Notes: a model not told the origin generated them from the letters alone. 64,000 nucleotides of DNA from an uncultured Candidatus Saccharibacteria bacterium (GCA_965230955.1 OZ246404.1:582410-646409), one strand, 5' to 3'. Shown: positions 9,723 through 19,440, counted from the stretch's first letter. Translations and numbers: made by a program.

Positions 9723-9796
9723 GTCTTTGGTCTTTAGTCTATAGTCTTTGGCCATAAAATATTCAGGCTAAAGACAAAAGACCAACGGCTAAAGAC
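9723..9796. repeat. Family A heptamer hairpin
   Basis: gtctttg gtcttta gtctata gtctttg gcc ... ggc taaagac aaaagac caacggc taaagac. Confidence 0.92.
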
Positions 9797-9800
9797 CTTT

Positions 9801-10163
9801 TCAGCAAGTAGTATGAATTAAAGCATTAACTACTTTATTTTCCTTAACCAAATCATTGTACGTACGAACCGCCTGCGGAGTGATCTGGATAATCAAACGC
9901 GGCACGGCGCCTTCCAGTTTGAGGGAAACCTCTTCATCAACTTCCAGCACGCCTTCCTGTCCGGTACCGATCAAAATCACGTCCGGGTTTCCGCTTAGTA
10001 ATTTGGCCGTTTCCCAATCTCCGACCCGGTGGGTGGTCTTAAATAGTTCATGTAATTTTTTGGCGTCGCGCTCCTCCACCTTATCGCCAATAATCAAAAC
10101 CTGGCCGTATTTTTTGCCATTGACGGTGATCGAGCCGAATTCGCAGGAATCGATTATGGGCAT
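9801..10163 (-). CDS. Mth938-like domain protein
   Basis: IDSCEFGSITVNGKKY, ILIGTG, TPQAVRTYN, ALIHTTC; start ATG 10163 (the ORF-track extension is repeat-derived). Confidence 0.88.
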   Translation of the reverse strand: MPIIDSCEFGSITVNGKKYGQVLIIGDKVEERDAKKLHELFKTTHRVGDWETAKLLSGNPDVILIGTGQEGVLEVDEEVSLKLEGAVPRLIIQITPQAVRTYNDLVKENKVVNALIHTTC

Positions 10164-10164
10164 G

Positions 10165-10228
10165 GTCTTTAGTCTTTGGTCTTTAGTCTTTGGCCACGCT
10201 TTCAGGCTAAAGACCAACGACGAAAGAT
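10165..10228. repeat. Family A heptamer hairpin
   Basis: Four GTCTTTR units, gccacgctttcaggc loop, taaagac caacgac gaaagat. Confidence 0.9.
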
Positions 10229-10232
10229 CTTT

Positions 10233-11063
10233 TTACACCGCACCCTTAATATCCCTAATCTCCGCATACCGAAACACCGGTCCCTCGTCGCAAACCAATT
10301 TCGGCCCGATGCCGCAATGATGGCACTCGCCCACCCCGCACTGCATATGGCGCTCGAGTGAGATATAAATATCTTCGTCTTGAATATCATGTTTATGCAA
10401 GGCCTCGATCACAAATTTGCACATAACCGAAGGACCGACGATAAAAACCAACGGATGACCGACTAATTTCTTATTATCAACCAAGGCGGTGATCAACCCT
10501 TCATCGCAGACGACAGGGCCCTTTTCTCCGCAATGCTTGTCGACCGTCAGTTCAACTTTGATTTTTTTCCGCCACTCTACCAATTCAGTTTTGTATAATA
10601 AATCGGCTTCACTGCGCGCCCCGTAAAAAAGCTGAACTTCTTTAAAATTTTCCGGCCGAGCGATAGCATCCAAAACAATCGCTCGGAGCGGGACAATCCC
10701 TATCCCACCGGCAATAACGAGCAAATTACGATTTTTCAGCAATTTAGTCGGAAATGATCCTTTCCCGAGAGGCCCGCGGATACCGATCATATCACCGGGT
10801 TTTTTCTTGTGCAGTTCCGATGTCAACCGGCCAACCGCCCGCACCCCGATTTCAAAAGTGTCGGTTTTGAAAGAAGACGACGCGATTCCCACCGGCGCTT
10901 CGCCGTAGCCAGCGATTGAAAACATGACGAATTGACCGGGCAGAAAATAAAAATTATTCTGATCGGCCGGATCGGTAAATTGCAAAACAAAAGTCTTCAC
11001 CCGCGGCGCTTCGTCGCGGATTTGAGTTATTTTAGCCGGTTTTGGTTCGTAGTTATTGATCAT
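10233..11063 (-). CDS. Group 3b (sulf)hydrogenase gamma-like subunit, FAD/NAD(P)-binding with 2Fe-2S
   Basis: PGQFVM, IRGPLG, IAGGIGIVPLR, SLERHMQCGVGECHHC, VCDEGPVF. Confidence 0.9.
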   Translation of the reverse strand: MINNYEPKPAKITQIRDEAPRVKTFVLQFTDPADQNNFYFLPGQFVMFSIAGYGEAPVGIASSSFKTDTFEIGVRAVGRLTSELHKKKPGDMIGIRGPLGKGSFPTKLLKNRNLLVIAGGIGIVPLRAIVLDAIARPENFKEVQLFYGARSEADLLYKTELVEWRKKIKVELTVDKHCGEKGPVVCDEGLITALVDNKKLVGHPLVFIVGPSVMCKFVIEALHKHDIQDEDIYISLERHMQCGVGECHHCGIGPKLVCDEGPVFRYAEIRDIKGAV

Positions 11064-11068
11064 TGCTT

Positions 11069-11449
11069 TCAAGTAAGAGTCCTTGGTCTTTGGTCGTTAG
11101 TCTTTGGCCCGAGGAGAGATTTAATTAAAGAACTCAGCAAATTTCCAACTTGGTGACACCGGGCTAATTCGTCATCCACCTTCACTTGATACAATTTTTT
11201 CAGCAGATATAAGATAGTCACCGTCTCGTACAAAGATCCTCTGGATATTCTCAGATATCTGATAAATTCCTTGTCGCTATTACTACTTTGCCCCTCCGCG
11301 ACATTGAGCGAGACAGAAGTCACCGCCCGCCGCAATTGAGCTAACAAACCAAATTTCTCGATGGACGGGCACTTTTCCTGGAAGCGGTAGATCGACTCGG
11401 CCAAAAACATAGCCGCTTGCCAAACTCTTAAACGTTCAAACTTGTACAC
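11069..11449 (-). CDS. Four-helix-bundle protein (23S rRNA IVP-like family)
   Basis: FERLRVWQ, EKFGLLAQLRRAVTSVSLNVAEG, EFIRYLRISRGSLYE; GTG start with SD GAGGAGGG. Confidence 0.92.
   Translation of the reverse strand: MYKFERLRVWQAAMFLAESIYRFQEKCPSIEKFGLLAQLRRAVTSVSLNVAEGQSSNSDKEFIRYLRISRGSLYETVTILYLLKKLYQVKVDDELARCHQVGNLLSSLIKSLLGPKTNDQRPRTLT
11079..11109. repeat. Family A arm at the 3' end of the four-helix-bundle gene
   Basis: gtccttg gtctttg gtcgtta gtctttg gcc. Confidence 0.88.
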
Positions 11450-11471
11450 AATCCCTCCTCTATAATTAATT

Positions 11472-11495
11472 GGCTAAAGACCAAAGACTAAAGAC
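11472..11495. repeat. Complementary family A arm upstream of the four-helix-bundle gene
   Basis: ggc taaagac caaagac taaagac. Confidence 0.88.
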
Positions 11496-11507
11496 CTTTT
11501 AAAAATA

Positions 11508-12485
11508 CTACTTCCCATCCTTTATCCTCTGAATATTCTTCATAATATCAATCCCCACCGGGCAAACTTTGATGCATCGGCCGCAGCGGACACAACCGGG
11601 GACTTTGTAGCGCGCCGGATCACGGACGAATTTGTGTTCGTACCAGTAGTAAATTCTCTTCTCGGTATCATCTAGAAAACGGTGATCGCCGGCAATTCGG
11701 GAAAAATCCGGAAAGAAACAAGCCGACCATTCCCGTTTGCGGCGCTGTTCGCCGCTTTTGACTTTCGATTGATCGTCGATATTGAAACAATAACAAGTCG
11801 GGCAGGCCAAGGTGCATTTCCCGCAGGCCAAACAGATTTTGCCCAGTTCCGCCCAAAGCGCCTGATTATAACCGCTCTCCATCTTGCCCTTGATCTCAAC
11901 CATCTCGCGATCCATTCCTTCCTCGGAAATCGGACCGGCATATTTGATATGATCATAATTACGATAACCGAATTTTTCCAACAACCGCTGGCCGTCCTCC
12001 GAGCCGGTATAGACCTTGAAATTCGTTCCGGATTTTTCCAGGAAAATATCGAATTCAAAATGCTCCAAAACATTTTCCCGAAAGCGATCCTGAAAAGCGC
12101 CGAATTCCCGCTGATCGGTCGGCGCCATCGATTGACCGATCACAATGGTTTGTCGTTTCCGCTCCTGGTAATAAACATCGGAGGCGAAAACCTGATTATA
12201 CAAATCCAGCGCGCGCAGATCCAAAACAGTCAGGCCAAACAGCACCTGGGGCTTGCCCACTTTTATTTTCTTGAAAACTTCGCCGTGAATATTGAACATC
12301 GTCTCGGTCGCCGGCAGGAAAAACTTGCGCCAGGGATAATACGTCAGTTGGCCGTTCAGCTTCAGCTCTTCCGGATCGCCGATTTTTTGCGCCAAAAAAC
12401 GCCCATCGCTCTCGACCGGGCCGTACACCAGATTGCCTTCTTTGATCAGGAAGGCGGTGAAGTTTTTTAGTTCGGGGATGGTCAT
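11508..12485 (-). CDS. Group 3b (sulf)hydrogenase beta-like subunit, 4Fe-4S dicluster
   Basis: CLACGKCTLACPTCYCF and CVRCGRCIKVCPVGID; YWYEHKF. Confidence 0.9.
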   Translation of the reverse strand: MTIPELKNFTAFLIKEGNLVYGPVESDGRFLAQKIGDPEELKLNGQLTYYPWRKFFLPATETMFNIHGEVFKKIKVGKPQVLFGLTVLDLRALDLYNQVFASDVYYQERKRQTIVIGQSMAPTDQREFGAFQDRFRENVLEHFEFDIFLEKSGTNFKVYTGSEDGQRLLEKFGYRNYDHIKYAGPISEEGMDREMVEIKGKMESGYNQALWAELGKICLACGKCTLACPTCYCFNIDDQSKVKSGEQRRKREWSACFFPDFSRIAGDHRFLDDTEKRIYYWYEHKFVRDPARYKVPGCVRCGRCIKVCPVGIDIMKNIQRIKDGK

Positions 12486-12489
12486 GATA

Positions 12490-12547
12490 GTCTTTGGTCT
12501 TTAGTCTTTGGTCTTTGGCTAAAGACTAAAGACTAACGACAAAAGGC
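12490..12547. repeat. Family A heptamer hairpin with almost no loop
   Basis: gtctttg gtcttta gtctttg gtctttg gc taaagac taaagac taacgac aaaaggc. Confidence 0.92.
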
Positions 12548-12576
12548 CTTTCGGGAAAGCGCCAAAACTTACACAT

Positions 12577-13713
12577 TTACGTCAGCAATAACCAAATCCC
12601 AAACCCCACCAACATACTACCCATCAACAGTTTCATCCATTTTTTCGACCGGTGCTCCCATTCTTTGACCATGGTGATTTTTTTACCGGAATAAACGATG
12701 AATAAAATCACCAGCAGGGGCAGGATAAACATCAGATTATAAATACCGAGATAGCCCACCGTCGTCAGCCGGCTCAGTCCCGAACGAGACAATATATCAA
12801 GTGTCCCGGCATAGAGCGGCAAGGAGCAAGGCATCTCAAAGATAGTCACCAAGGCACCCAAGACCACCGTGGCCGAGATAGTCGCCTTGGCGACCCAGCC
12901 CTGCAGGTACGGCCGAATATATTTGGGTATTTCCAAGCTGAAACCCCGGCCGGGCCAGAAAAAATCTTTCAGATTAATCGCGCCGGTTATTACCAGTATA
13001 GCCCCCAATACCAGGTGAATCAAATTAGAAACGACGGCGTACTGGGGAGTTTGGCTAAAAGTCAAAAGAACCTGATAAAAAAGCAAACCGATGACAAAAT
13101 AAGTGGCAAAAACCGTGATGATATAAATGATTCCGATATTGAGCACCCGTCCCGGCTGTTTGGCAAAAACAATCAGATAACCCAGTAAAAAAACCAGCAT
13201 GCCGATAGCGCAGGGATTTATGCCATCAGCCAATCCGACACCCAAGACGGCACTCAAAGCAATGGCATTGGTCGAAATACCGGAATCAGCTTTTCCTTCT
13301 TCCTGCCCCTGGACAATTTCATTGCCTGCTTTTTCCCAAGCGGGATAGCCGCCTTGCAACACCCGAACCCGGGTAAAACCGTCATCCATCATTTGCTCCG
13401 CCGCCTCCACGCTCGATTGGCATTCGGTCGCGCCGCAATAAGCCACAATACTATCGTCGTGCCGAGCGATTTCGCCGATCTTGTCAATTTGGCTGAGCGC
13501 CCAAAATTTAGCGCCGGGAAGATGGCCGTTGATATATTCCACTTCGCTCCGAACATCAAGCACCAATGGCGGATTACTTCCCGCCAACTCTCTCTGGAGC
13601 TGATCGGCCGTGAGATACTCCACGCCGCGGGCGGCTTGTCCGAAAATCGGCCACCCGGCACAGGCGCCGACCGCTAACATCGCGAGAAATATAAGAAATT
13701 TATTTGCCATCAT
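12577..13713 (-). CDS. Rhodanese domain fused to a CcdA/DsbD-like transmembrane domain
   Basis: LDVRSEVEYINGHLPGA...YCGATEC...LQGGYPAW, then DGINPCA and FEMPCS in TM helices. Confidence 0.82.
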   Translation of the reverse strand: MMANKFLIFLAMLAVGACAGWPIFGQAARGVEYLTADQLQRELAGSNPPLVLDVRSEVEYINGHLPGAKFWALSQIDKIGEIARHDDSIVAYCGATECQSSVEAAEQMMDDGFTRVRVLQGGYPAWEKAGNEIVQGQEEGKADSGISTNAIALSAVLGVGLADGINPCAIGMLVFLLGYLIVFAKQPGRVLNIGIIYIITVFATYFVIGLLFYQVLLTFSQTPQYAVVSNLIHLVLGAILVITGAINLKDFFWPGRGFSLEIPKYIRPYLQGWVAKATISATVVLGALVTIFEMPCSLPLYAGTLDILSRSGLSRLTTVGYLGIYNLMFILPLLVILFIVYSGKKITMVKEWEHRSKKWMKLLMGSMLVGFGIWLLLT

Positions 13714-14509
13714 CGTTTTTTTTCGACGGATCAAGAAAAAGTTCCCCGGCCGGACGACGCTTCCTAAGAAAAGCGAGAACAATAATACCAGCAATCACTA
13801 GCCCGATCCCGATATACTGAGAAATAGTCAAGCCAGCGAAGCGCGGATCGGAATTAGGCAGATCGGTCGCCCGCCAAAAATCAACCGCAAAGCGAGTGAT
13901 TCCTTCCCAAATCAAATAGATGTAAAATAGCGAACCGACCGGCAGTTTTTGTATTTTTCTCAGCCAGAACCAAAGAATCAGAAATATAACCAGATTCGAA
14001 AAAACCAAATACATCGCCGTTTCATGGCGTAACTGTCCGTTGACCATAATGCCCCAAGCCACATCAGTCAGCCGGCCGGGATGATCCTGAATCAAATGAC
14101 AGCCTATCCGACCGATGGCCGTGCCGAGAGCCAGTGCCGGCGCCGCCCAGTCGGACAGGCGCCAGATATTCATTTTCTGACGGCGGGCAAAAAAAATAAA
14201 AACCAAGATAGCGCCAATCAAACCGCCGTAAAAAACCATGCCCCCGTTCCAAATTTTGAGCGCATCAACCCAATGGCCGGCAAAATCCTGCCAGAAAAGT
14301 ATCACGTAAAAAAGACGAGAGCCGATCATCGAGGCGATAAAAACCCACAGGACAAGATCGAGAAGTTTGTCGGTTTTGTAGCCGGCTTGCTTGGCTTGCC
14401 ACAGAATCAAAAGAATCCCAACGATGAACCCCAAGGCGACCAGCACGCCCCACGACTGAATGGTCAAAGGACCTAAATGAAATTCAGTGATTGGCCCATA
14501 AGGAAGCAT
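13700..14509 (-). CDS. lgt: Prolipoprotein diacylglyceryl transferase
   Basis: WNGGMVFYGG, AIGRIGC, RFAVDFWR, LTISQ. Confidence 0.93.
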   Translation of the reverse strand: MLPYGPITEFHLGPLTIQSWGVLVALGFIVGILLILWQAKQAGYKTDKLLDLVLWVFIASMIGSRLFYVILFWQDFAGHWVDALKIWNGGMVFYGGLIGAILVFIFFARRQKMNIWRLSDWAAPALALGTAIGRIGCHLIQDHPGRLTDVAWGIMVNGQLRHETAMYLVFSNLVIFLILWFWLRKIQKLPVGSLFYIYLIWEGITRFAVDFWRATDLPNSDPRFAGLTISQYIGIGLVIAGIIVLAFLRKRRPAGELFLDPSKKNDDGK

Positions 14510-14522
14510 ATAATTTTTTTAA

Positions 14523-15209
14523 TCAATTAACGTCTTTGATCGGCACGGATACCGTAGCGCAATCTTCCAAGGCGGTGATAATCGCCTCTTTGTCCATCGC
14601 GCCGGGAACCTGAGAACAAATAATTCCGTTTTTGATGAAAAAATTGGTTGGCGTCCCCTGAATTTTAAACAAACTGCTAACTTCGCCGGTAGCATCGACC
14701 AGAATATCGAAATCGATCTTTTGATTAGCCTTATATGTTTTTACCGTTTCCGGAGCCTCGTTCATATTGACCAAAAATACCTGGGATTTCCCGCCGGATT
14801 CTTTCTTCAACTGCTTCAACTCCGGCAACTGTTTCGCGCAATATTTGCACCAGGTATTCCAAAAAGCCAAAATCATCGTCCGGTCTTTATACTCGCTCAA
14901 GTCCACGCGATTTCCTTCGGTGTCCGAGAGGACAATGGCCGGCAGTTCCGAGCCGACATCCAGGCTGTATTTTTGCAGTTGCGCCGCCGCCTCGGCATTT
15001 AGATCCGAATCCGAAGTTGACGTTTGGGTAAAATTAAAAACCAAAACAATCGCCACCACGATCGCCACCACCACTGCGGCGGCAACCAAATTGCGATTTT
15101 CCTTATATCCCTTACGACGAAACCAATCATTGATCCCCCGGCGATAAGGAAAATAAATCACAGCAAAAAGCAGTACCGCGAAAACTATGATTACCAGAGG
15201 AATTATCAT
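14523..15209 (-). CDS. Membrane-anchored TlpA-family thiol:disulfide oxidoreductase
   Basis: FWNTWCKYC, GTPTNFFI. Confidence 0.88.
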   Translation of the reverse strand: MIIPLVIIVFAVLLFAVIYFPYRRGINDWFRRKGYKENRNLVAAAVVVAIVVAIVLVFNFTQTSTSDSDLNAEAAAQLQKYSLDVGSELPAIVLSDTEGNRVDLSEYKDRTMILAFWNTWCKYCAKQLPELKQLKKESGGKSQVFLVNMNEAPETVKTYKANQKIDFDILVDATGEVSSLFKIQGTPTNFFIKNGIICSQVPGAMDKEAIITALEDCATVSVPIKDVN

Positions 15210-15231
15210 GCTTGTATTTTACTGTAACTGG

Positions 15232-15993
15232 CTATTTTTTTAAACTCTTTTCGAAAAAGAAGGCTCCCAGCATGACCATAGCCACGGCAAAACAAATCAG
15301 GAATACCACATCAAAAGCGACCGAAAATTCAGACATACCGATCAGCGCCCAACGGATACCGTCAACGCCATAGGTCAGAGGATTGATATAAGTCAACCAG
15401 CGCCAGGACTCGGGGAAGCCATCGAGCGGGAAAAAAGCGCCGCTGAGAAACATAATCGGAATCAAAATTATCGTCATCAACTGATTGTAGCTTTTGGCAT
15501 TTCGAAAAACGGAACTCAGCACGATACCGAAACCGGAAAACCCGAAAACGATCAGAAACATGAAACAAATGGTGAAAATGATCCCCCACGCTCCACGATC
15601 GGTCTTGGAAAAGAAGAAAACAATGATGATCACGGTCACCAGCAGGGTCAATAATTGCATCGTGATCTCGCTCAGGATTTTGCCGATCAGGATCGAATAG
15701 CGCGAGATGGGCACCACCAATAATTCTTTGATATAGCCACGCTTATCGCGAATGATGGAAAACCCGACAAATATCGCGGCTCCAATAGAAAGTACCGCGA
15801 TCCCCCCGGGACCGAAAAAATCCAGGTAATCGATTTCCAATCCCGGAATTTTGATGAAGCGATTGAGTCCAAAGCCGATAATCAAAATCGCCATCAGCGG
15901 AACAACGATGGAAGTGAAGATCATCCCCGGATCAGCGAAAAACTTTTTCAGTTCCCGCTGCCAGATAGCTGCAATTTCATACCAGTGGATCAT
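15232..15993 (-). CDS. ABC-2 type exporter permease
   Basis: FLSGAFFPL, INPLTYGVDGIR. Confidence 0.9.
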   Translation of the reverse strand: MIHWYEIAAIWQRELKKFFADPGMIFTSIVVPLMAILIIGFGLNRFIKIPGLEIDYLDFFGPGGIAVLSIGAAIFVGFSIIRDKRGYIKELLVVPISRYSILIGKILSEITMQLLTLLVTVIIIVFFFSKTDRGAWGIIFTICFMFLIVFGFSGFGIVLSSVFRNAKSYNQLMTIILIPIMFLSGAFFPLDGFPESWRWLTYINPLTYGVDGIRWALIGMSEFSVAFDVVFLICFAVAMVMLGAFFFEKSLKK

Positions 15994-16935
15994 TTAGGTA
16001 TAGCTGTTAAAACGCTCGCCCGTGTAAGTCAGGAAAACATCCTCCAGCGTCGGCTCTTGTAAATTAAAAGACTTTATATCCAGCGACAATTCATGGATCA
16101 ATCTGATAAGTTCGGCGCCGTTCGCTTCGCCGTTGCTCACCACCAAGCTGATTTCTTTTTCTTTGCGAGTGACCTTTTTTACAAAAGGCAGCCGCTGCAT
16201 GCGCGGAAGCAGTGTTTCCGGCACTTCCGCCAGGCGAATTCGCACCAGGTCGCCGCCCAAGCCGTGCTTCAAATCCTTCGGCGTACCGGTGACCGCAATC
16301 TTCCCTTCATTCATCACCGCCACCCGACCGCAGAGATAATCGGCTTCTTCCAAATAATGAGTCGTCAGCAAAATAGTCAGATTGGTTTCGCGGCTGAGCT
16401 TTTTGATATAGTCCCAGATCAAACGGCGCGTTTTGGGATCCAGGCCGATCGTCGGCTCGTCCAAAAACAAAACTTTGGGCTGATGAATCAGTCCGCGGGC
16501 AATCTCCAAGCGGCGTTTCATGCCGCCGGAAAATGACGAGACTTTCGTCTTGGTTTCACCCTGCAAGCCCACCAGCGCCAGCAACTCATCCACGCGTGGC
16601 CGGCTGACAGCCGGCGGAACATGGTAAAGCCGGGCATGAATATCAAGATTGGAAAAAGCCGTCAGATCTTCGTCCAATATCGTCTCCTGGAAAACCAGCC
16701 CGATGGATCGGCGCGTATCCCGAGATTGTTTGACCACGTCAAAACCACAAACCCGAGCCCGACCGCCGGTCGGCAACAACAACGTCGTCAAAATGGAAAT
16801 AATCGTACTCTTACCGGCGCCGTTAGGACCCAAGAGCCCAAAAACTTCTCCCTGATTAATATGAAAAGACACGCCGTTCACCGCGGTCTTTTGCTTAAAT
16901 TTCTTGACCAAGTTTTCAACTTCTACCGCTGGCAT
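15994..16935 (-). CDS. ABC exporter ATP-binding protein (DrrA-like)
   Basis: GPNGAGKST, FSGGMKRRLEIA, LDEPT, TTHY. Confidence 0.93.
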   Translation of the reverse strand: MPAVEVENLVKKFKQKTAVNGVSFHINQGEVFGLLGPNGAGKSTIISILTTLLLPTGGRARVCGFDVVKQSRDTRRSIGLVFQETILDEDLTAFSNLDIHARLYHVPPAVSRPRVDELLALVGLQGETKTKVSSFSGGMKRRLEIARGLIHQPKVLFLDEPTIGLDPKTRRLIWDYIKKLSRETNLTILLTTHYLEEADYLCGRVAVMNEGKIAVTGTPKDLKHGLGGDLVRIRLAEVPETLLPRMQRLPFVKKVTRKEKEISLVVSNGEANGAELIRLIHELSLDIKSFNLQEPTLEDVFLTYTGERFNSYT

Positions 16936-16955
16936 TTGGGATTATTGAAAGCTTA

Positions 16956-16977
16956 CCCCGCACTGATTAGTACGGGG
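16956..16977. repeat. Short palindromic mini-element
   Basis: CCCCGCACTGATTAGTACGGGG. Confidence 0.4.
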
Positions 16978-17058
16978 AGAAAAAACACTAGGCTAAAATT
17001 TATAAATCCGAAACAATATTAATATTTGAAATACAAATTAAGAGTTTAATATTCGGGC

Positions 17059-17343
17059 TTATGATTTAGAATCCGCTTCGAATTTCTTTTTTTTCGCCTC
17101 TGGTTTTTCAGCGACTGATTTCTCGGCCGGCCGATCGGCTATTTTTTGCAATTCGGCGACCAGTTCGGGAATTTTGTCCTCGCCGAGACCATGGCTTAAC
17201 ACGCCCATTTCCAACGTTTCAAAAGCCGCCGCTCCGCAGGCGAGACAGCCCGGCCCGAAATATCGGCCTAAAATTTCAAACGCCTCATTTCCCAGCATCA
17301 ACGATTCTTGAATAGTCGTGTCCTTGGTTATTTTATTAGCCAT
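17059..17343 (-). CDS. DUF1858-like small Cys protein
   Basis: ITKDTTI...GCLAC...ETLEMGVLSHG. Confidence 0.78.
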   Translation of the reverse strand: MANKITKDTTIQESLMLGNEAFEILGRYFGPGCLACGAAAFETLEMGVLSHGLGEDKIPELVAELQKIADRPAEKSVAEKPEAKKKKFEADSKS

Positions 17344-17806
17344 TGTTTTCCTTGTTTTTATCTTTCGATATCCCGTTTAAACGGGATGCCGGAAGGGCTT
17401 CGCGGATTAAATCCATGATCGTGGTATTTTCCAGCATGGCATTCAGTTTGCCTTGGATGCGCTGCCAGACGGTGATCAAAGATAAAGAATCGCCCAGTCC
17501 ACTGATTTCCCCATCTTGCTTCTTCCAGTCCCCGGGCGACAGATTTATCGGACCATCAAGTGTTTCGATGATTTTACGGAGAGTGATTTGTCCCGGCTCT
17601 TTGGCCAAATAAAAACCGCCTCCGCAACCGCGCGTCGAGCGCAGGACACCCGCCTTGGCCAATTTCTGAAAAATTTTATTCAAGAAACTGGGCGGAATAT
17701 TTTCCGCGGCAGAAACCTCAGCGGTAAGGACTTTTTTGTGTTCCTGCTGATTAGCCAAATACAGTAAACCACGCAAGCCATATTCGCATTTTCTGGTCAG
17801 TTTCAT
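17336..17806 (-). CDS. Rrf2 family transcriptional regulator
   Basis: MKLTRKCEYGLR, STRGCGGGFYLAK, ITLRKIIETLDG; lacks the C-terminal Cys triad of IscR. Confidence 0.92.
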   Translation of the reverse strand: MKLTRKCEYGLRGLLYLANQQEHKKVLTAEVSAAENIPPSFLNKIFQKLAKAGVLRSTRGCGGGFYLAKEPGQITLRKIIETLDGPINLSPGDWKKQDGEISGLGDSLSLITVWQRIQGKLNAMLENTTIMDLIREALPASRLNGISKDKNKENNG

Positions 17807-17943
17807 ATAATTAAAGAGTCTTTTAGTCCGCTTAAAGTATAGTGAGAACCGGCCCAAAAAGCAAGAAGGAGTATCCACACGCCATGGCAGAAAATTCATC
17901 GCAAAGCTAGACACACGCTAATTACTGTGCCATCATAAATTAA

Positions 17944-19440
17944 ATGAATCACAATATCTGGTTTTACAACCTGACCGCCCTTATTTCCGGCATGGCGATT
18001 ATGGCCGTCGAGATGACCGCCACCAGAATGATGAGCCCTTATTTCGGGACTTCTATTTTCGTTTGGACAAACGTGCTGGGCATAATTATGGCCGCCCTGG
18101 CTCTGGGCTATTGGCTGGGCGGTAAAACCGCCGATCGTTTCCCTACCGCCAAAGTGTTTTTTACCATCGTGGTAATAGCTTCGCTGGTCGTCTTGATTTT
18201 ACCATTTGCCGGACCGGTGACGCTCAAAGGCATCAGCCAATTAATTATTGTCGATGCCAATGCCCTGGTTTCCGCTTCACTGCTGGGGACTATTTTACTC
18301 TTTTTCCCGCCGTTTCTATTCCTGGGACTGATCAGTCCCTATTTGGTTCGCCTGATCAATCAGCGTGTCGAAAAAACCGGGCATACCGCCGGCAATGTCT
18401 TTGCCATGTCCACCATCGGCAGTATCATCGGGACCTTTATTCCTACCTTTGTGACGGTACCGTTGATTGGAGTCAAGCGGACGATTATCGTTTTCGGAGC
18501 GGCACTCTGCCTGCTCGGCGCGATCGGCCTGGGTCGCAAGGCGACCTACGCGCTTGTGCCGGTTTTTGCCGCGGCGCTGATATTTTCTGGGCCTTTCCTG
18601 CTGACCGGCGATCAGATTATCGCGCAAACGGAAAGCCCTTACAGTTACATTGAAGTGTCGGAAGATGACGGCGGAATAAGATATTTAGCTTTCAGCGAAG
18701 CCTACGCCATACAATCGCGCTTTGATCCCAAAAATGTACTAAACGGCGGACTCTACTGGGATTACTATTCTATCTTTCCCCCGCTTTTTTCCGGACAGGA
18801 AGTAAAAACCGCTATTATCGGAAATGCCGGCGGAACCATTCCCCGAATTCTCGATAAATACTATCCCGATATCAAAATAGACGGCGTAGAGCTGGATCCG
18901 GCGGTCAGCCGAGTGGCGCAAGAAAATTTCGCGCCCTTCCCCGAATCACTGACCCTGCATCACACCGATGGGCGTATTTTTCTCGAGCAAGCGGAAGAAC
19001 AGTACCAAATCATCATCATCGATGCCTATAAGGAACTGGCGATCCCGTCCCATTTAAGCAGCCGAGAATTTTTCTCGCTGGTCAAAAAACGACTGACTAG
19101 CGACGGTCTGGTCGCGCTCAATATCAACATCACCAACGAAGACAGTGAAATATACCAGCGCTTGCTGGTCACGCTGCAAAGCATATACGAACAAGTCTAC
19201 GATCTGCCGATTCCTCAGTCTTATAATCGGCTGATTGTCGCGACTGATCGGCAATCAAGCCTGAACGACGATCTCGGCGCCATCGATCCTTCCGCCGGAC
19301 TGGTAAAATACTTCGACTATACCGCTCGCGAGATACGGCGCCCGGACCAGATCTCGGCGCGCCAGATTACCGACGATCAACCGCTGACGGAAATAATCTA
19401 CGACACCATGATTTTGCAGGAACTGATGCGAATAAAATAA
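17944..19440 (+). CDS. Fused membrane domain / spermidine synthase-like SAM-fold protein
   Basis: TM region MAVEM...PYFGTSIFVW; IIGNAGG, VELDP, DGRIFL, IIIDAY. Confidence 0.88.
   Translation: MNHNIWFYNLTALISGMAIMAVEMTATRMMSPYFGTSIFVWTNVLGIIMAALALGYWLGGKTADRFPTAKVFFTIVVIASLVVLILPFAGPVTLKGISQLIIVDANALVSASLLGTILLFFPPFLFLGLISPYLVRLINQRVEKTGHTAGNVFAMSTIGSIIGTFIPTFVTVPLIGVKRTIIVFGAALCLLGAIGLGRKATYALVPVFAAALIFSGPFLLTGDQIIAQTESPYSYIEVSEDDGGIRYLAFSEAYAIQSRFDPKNVLNGGLYWDYYSIFPPLFSGQEVKTAIIGNAGGTIPRILDKYYPDIKIDGVELDPAVSRVAQENFAPFPESLTLHHTDGRIFLEQAEEQYQIIIIDAYKELAIPSHLSSREFFSLVKKRLTSDGLVALNINITNEDSEIYQRLLVTLQSIYEQVYDLPIPQSYNRLIVATDRQSSLNDDLGAIDPSAGLVKYFDYTAREIRRPDQISARQITDDQPLTEIIYDTMILQELMRIK

Noticed and set aside
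11069-11449. Four-helix-bundle gene as the Avd of a diversity-generating retroelement
   Set aside because: No reverse transcriptase and no template/variable repeat pair seen in the window
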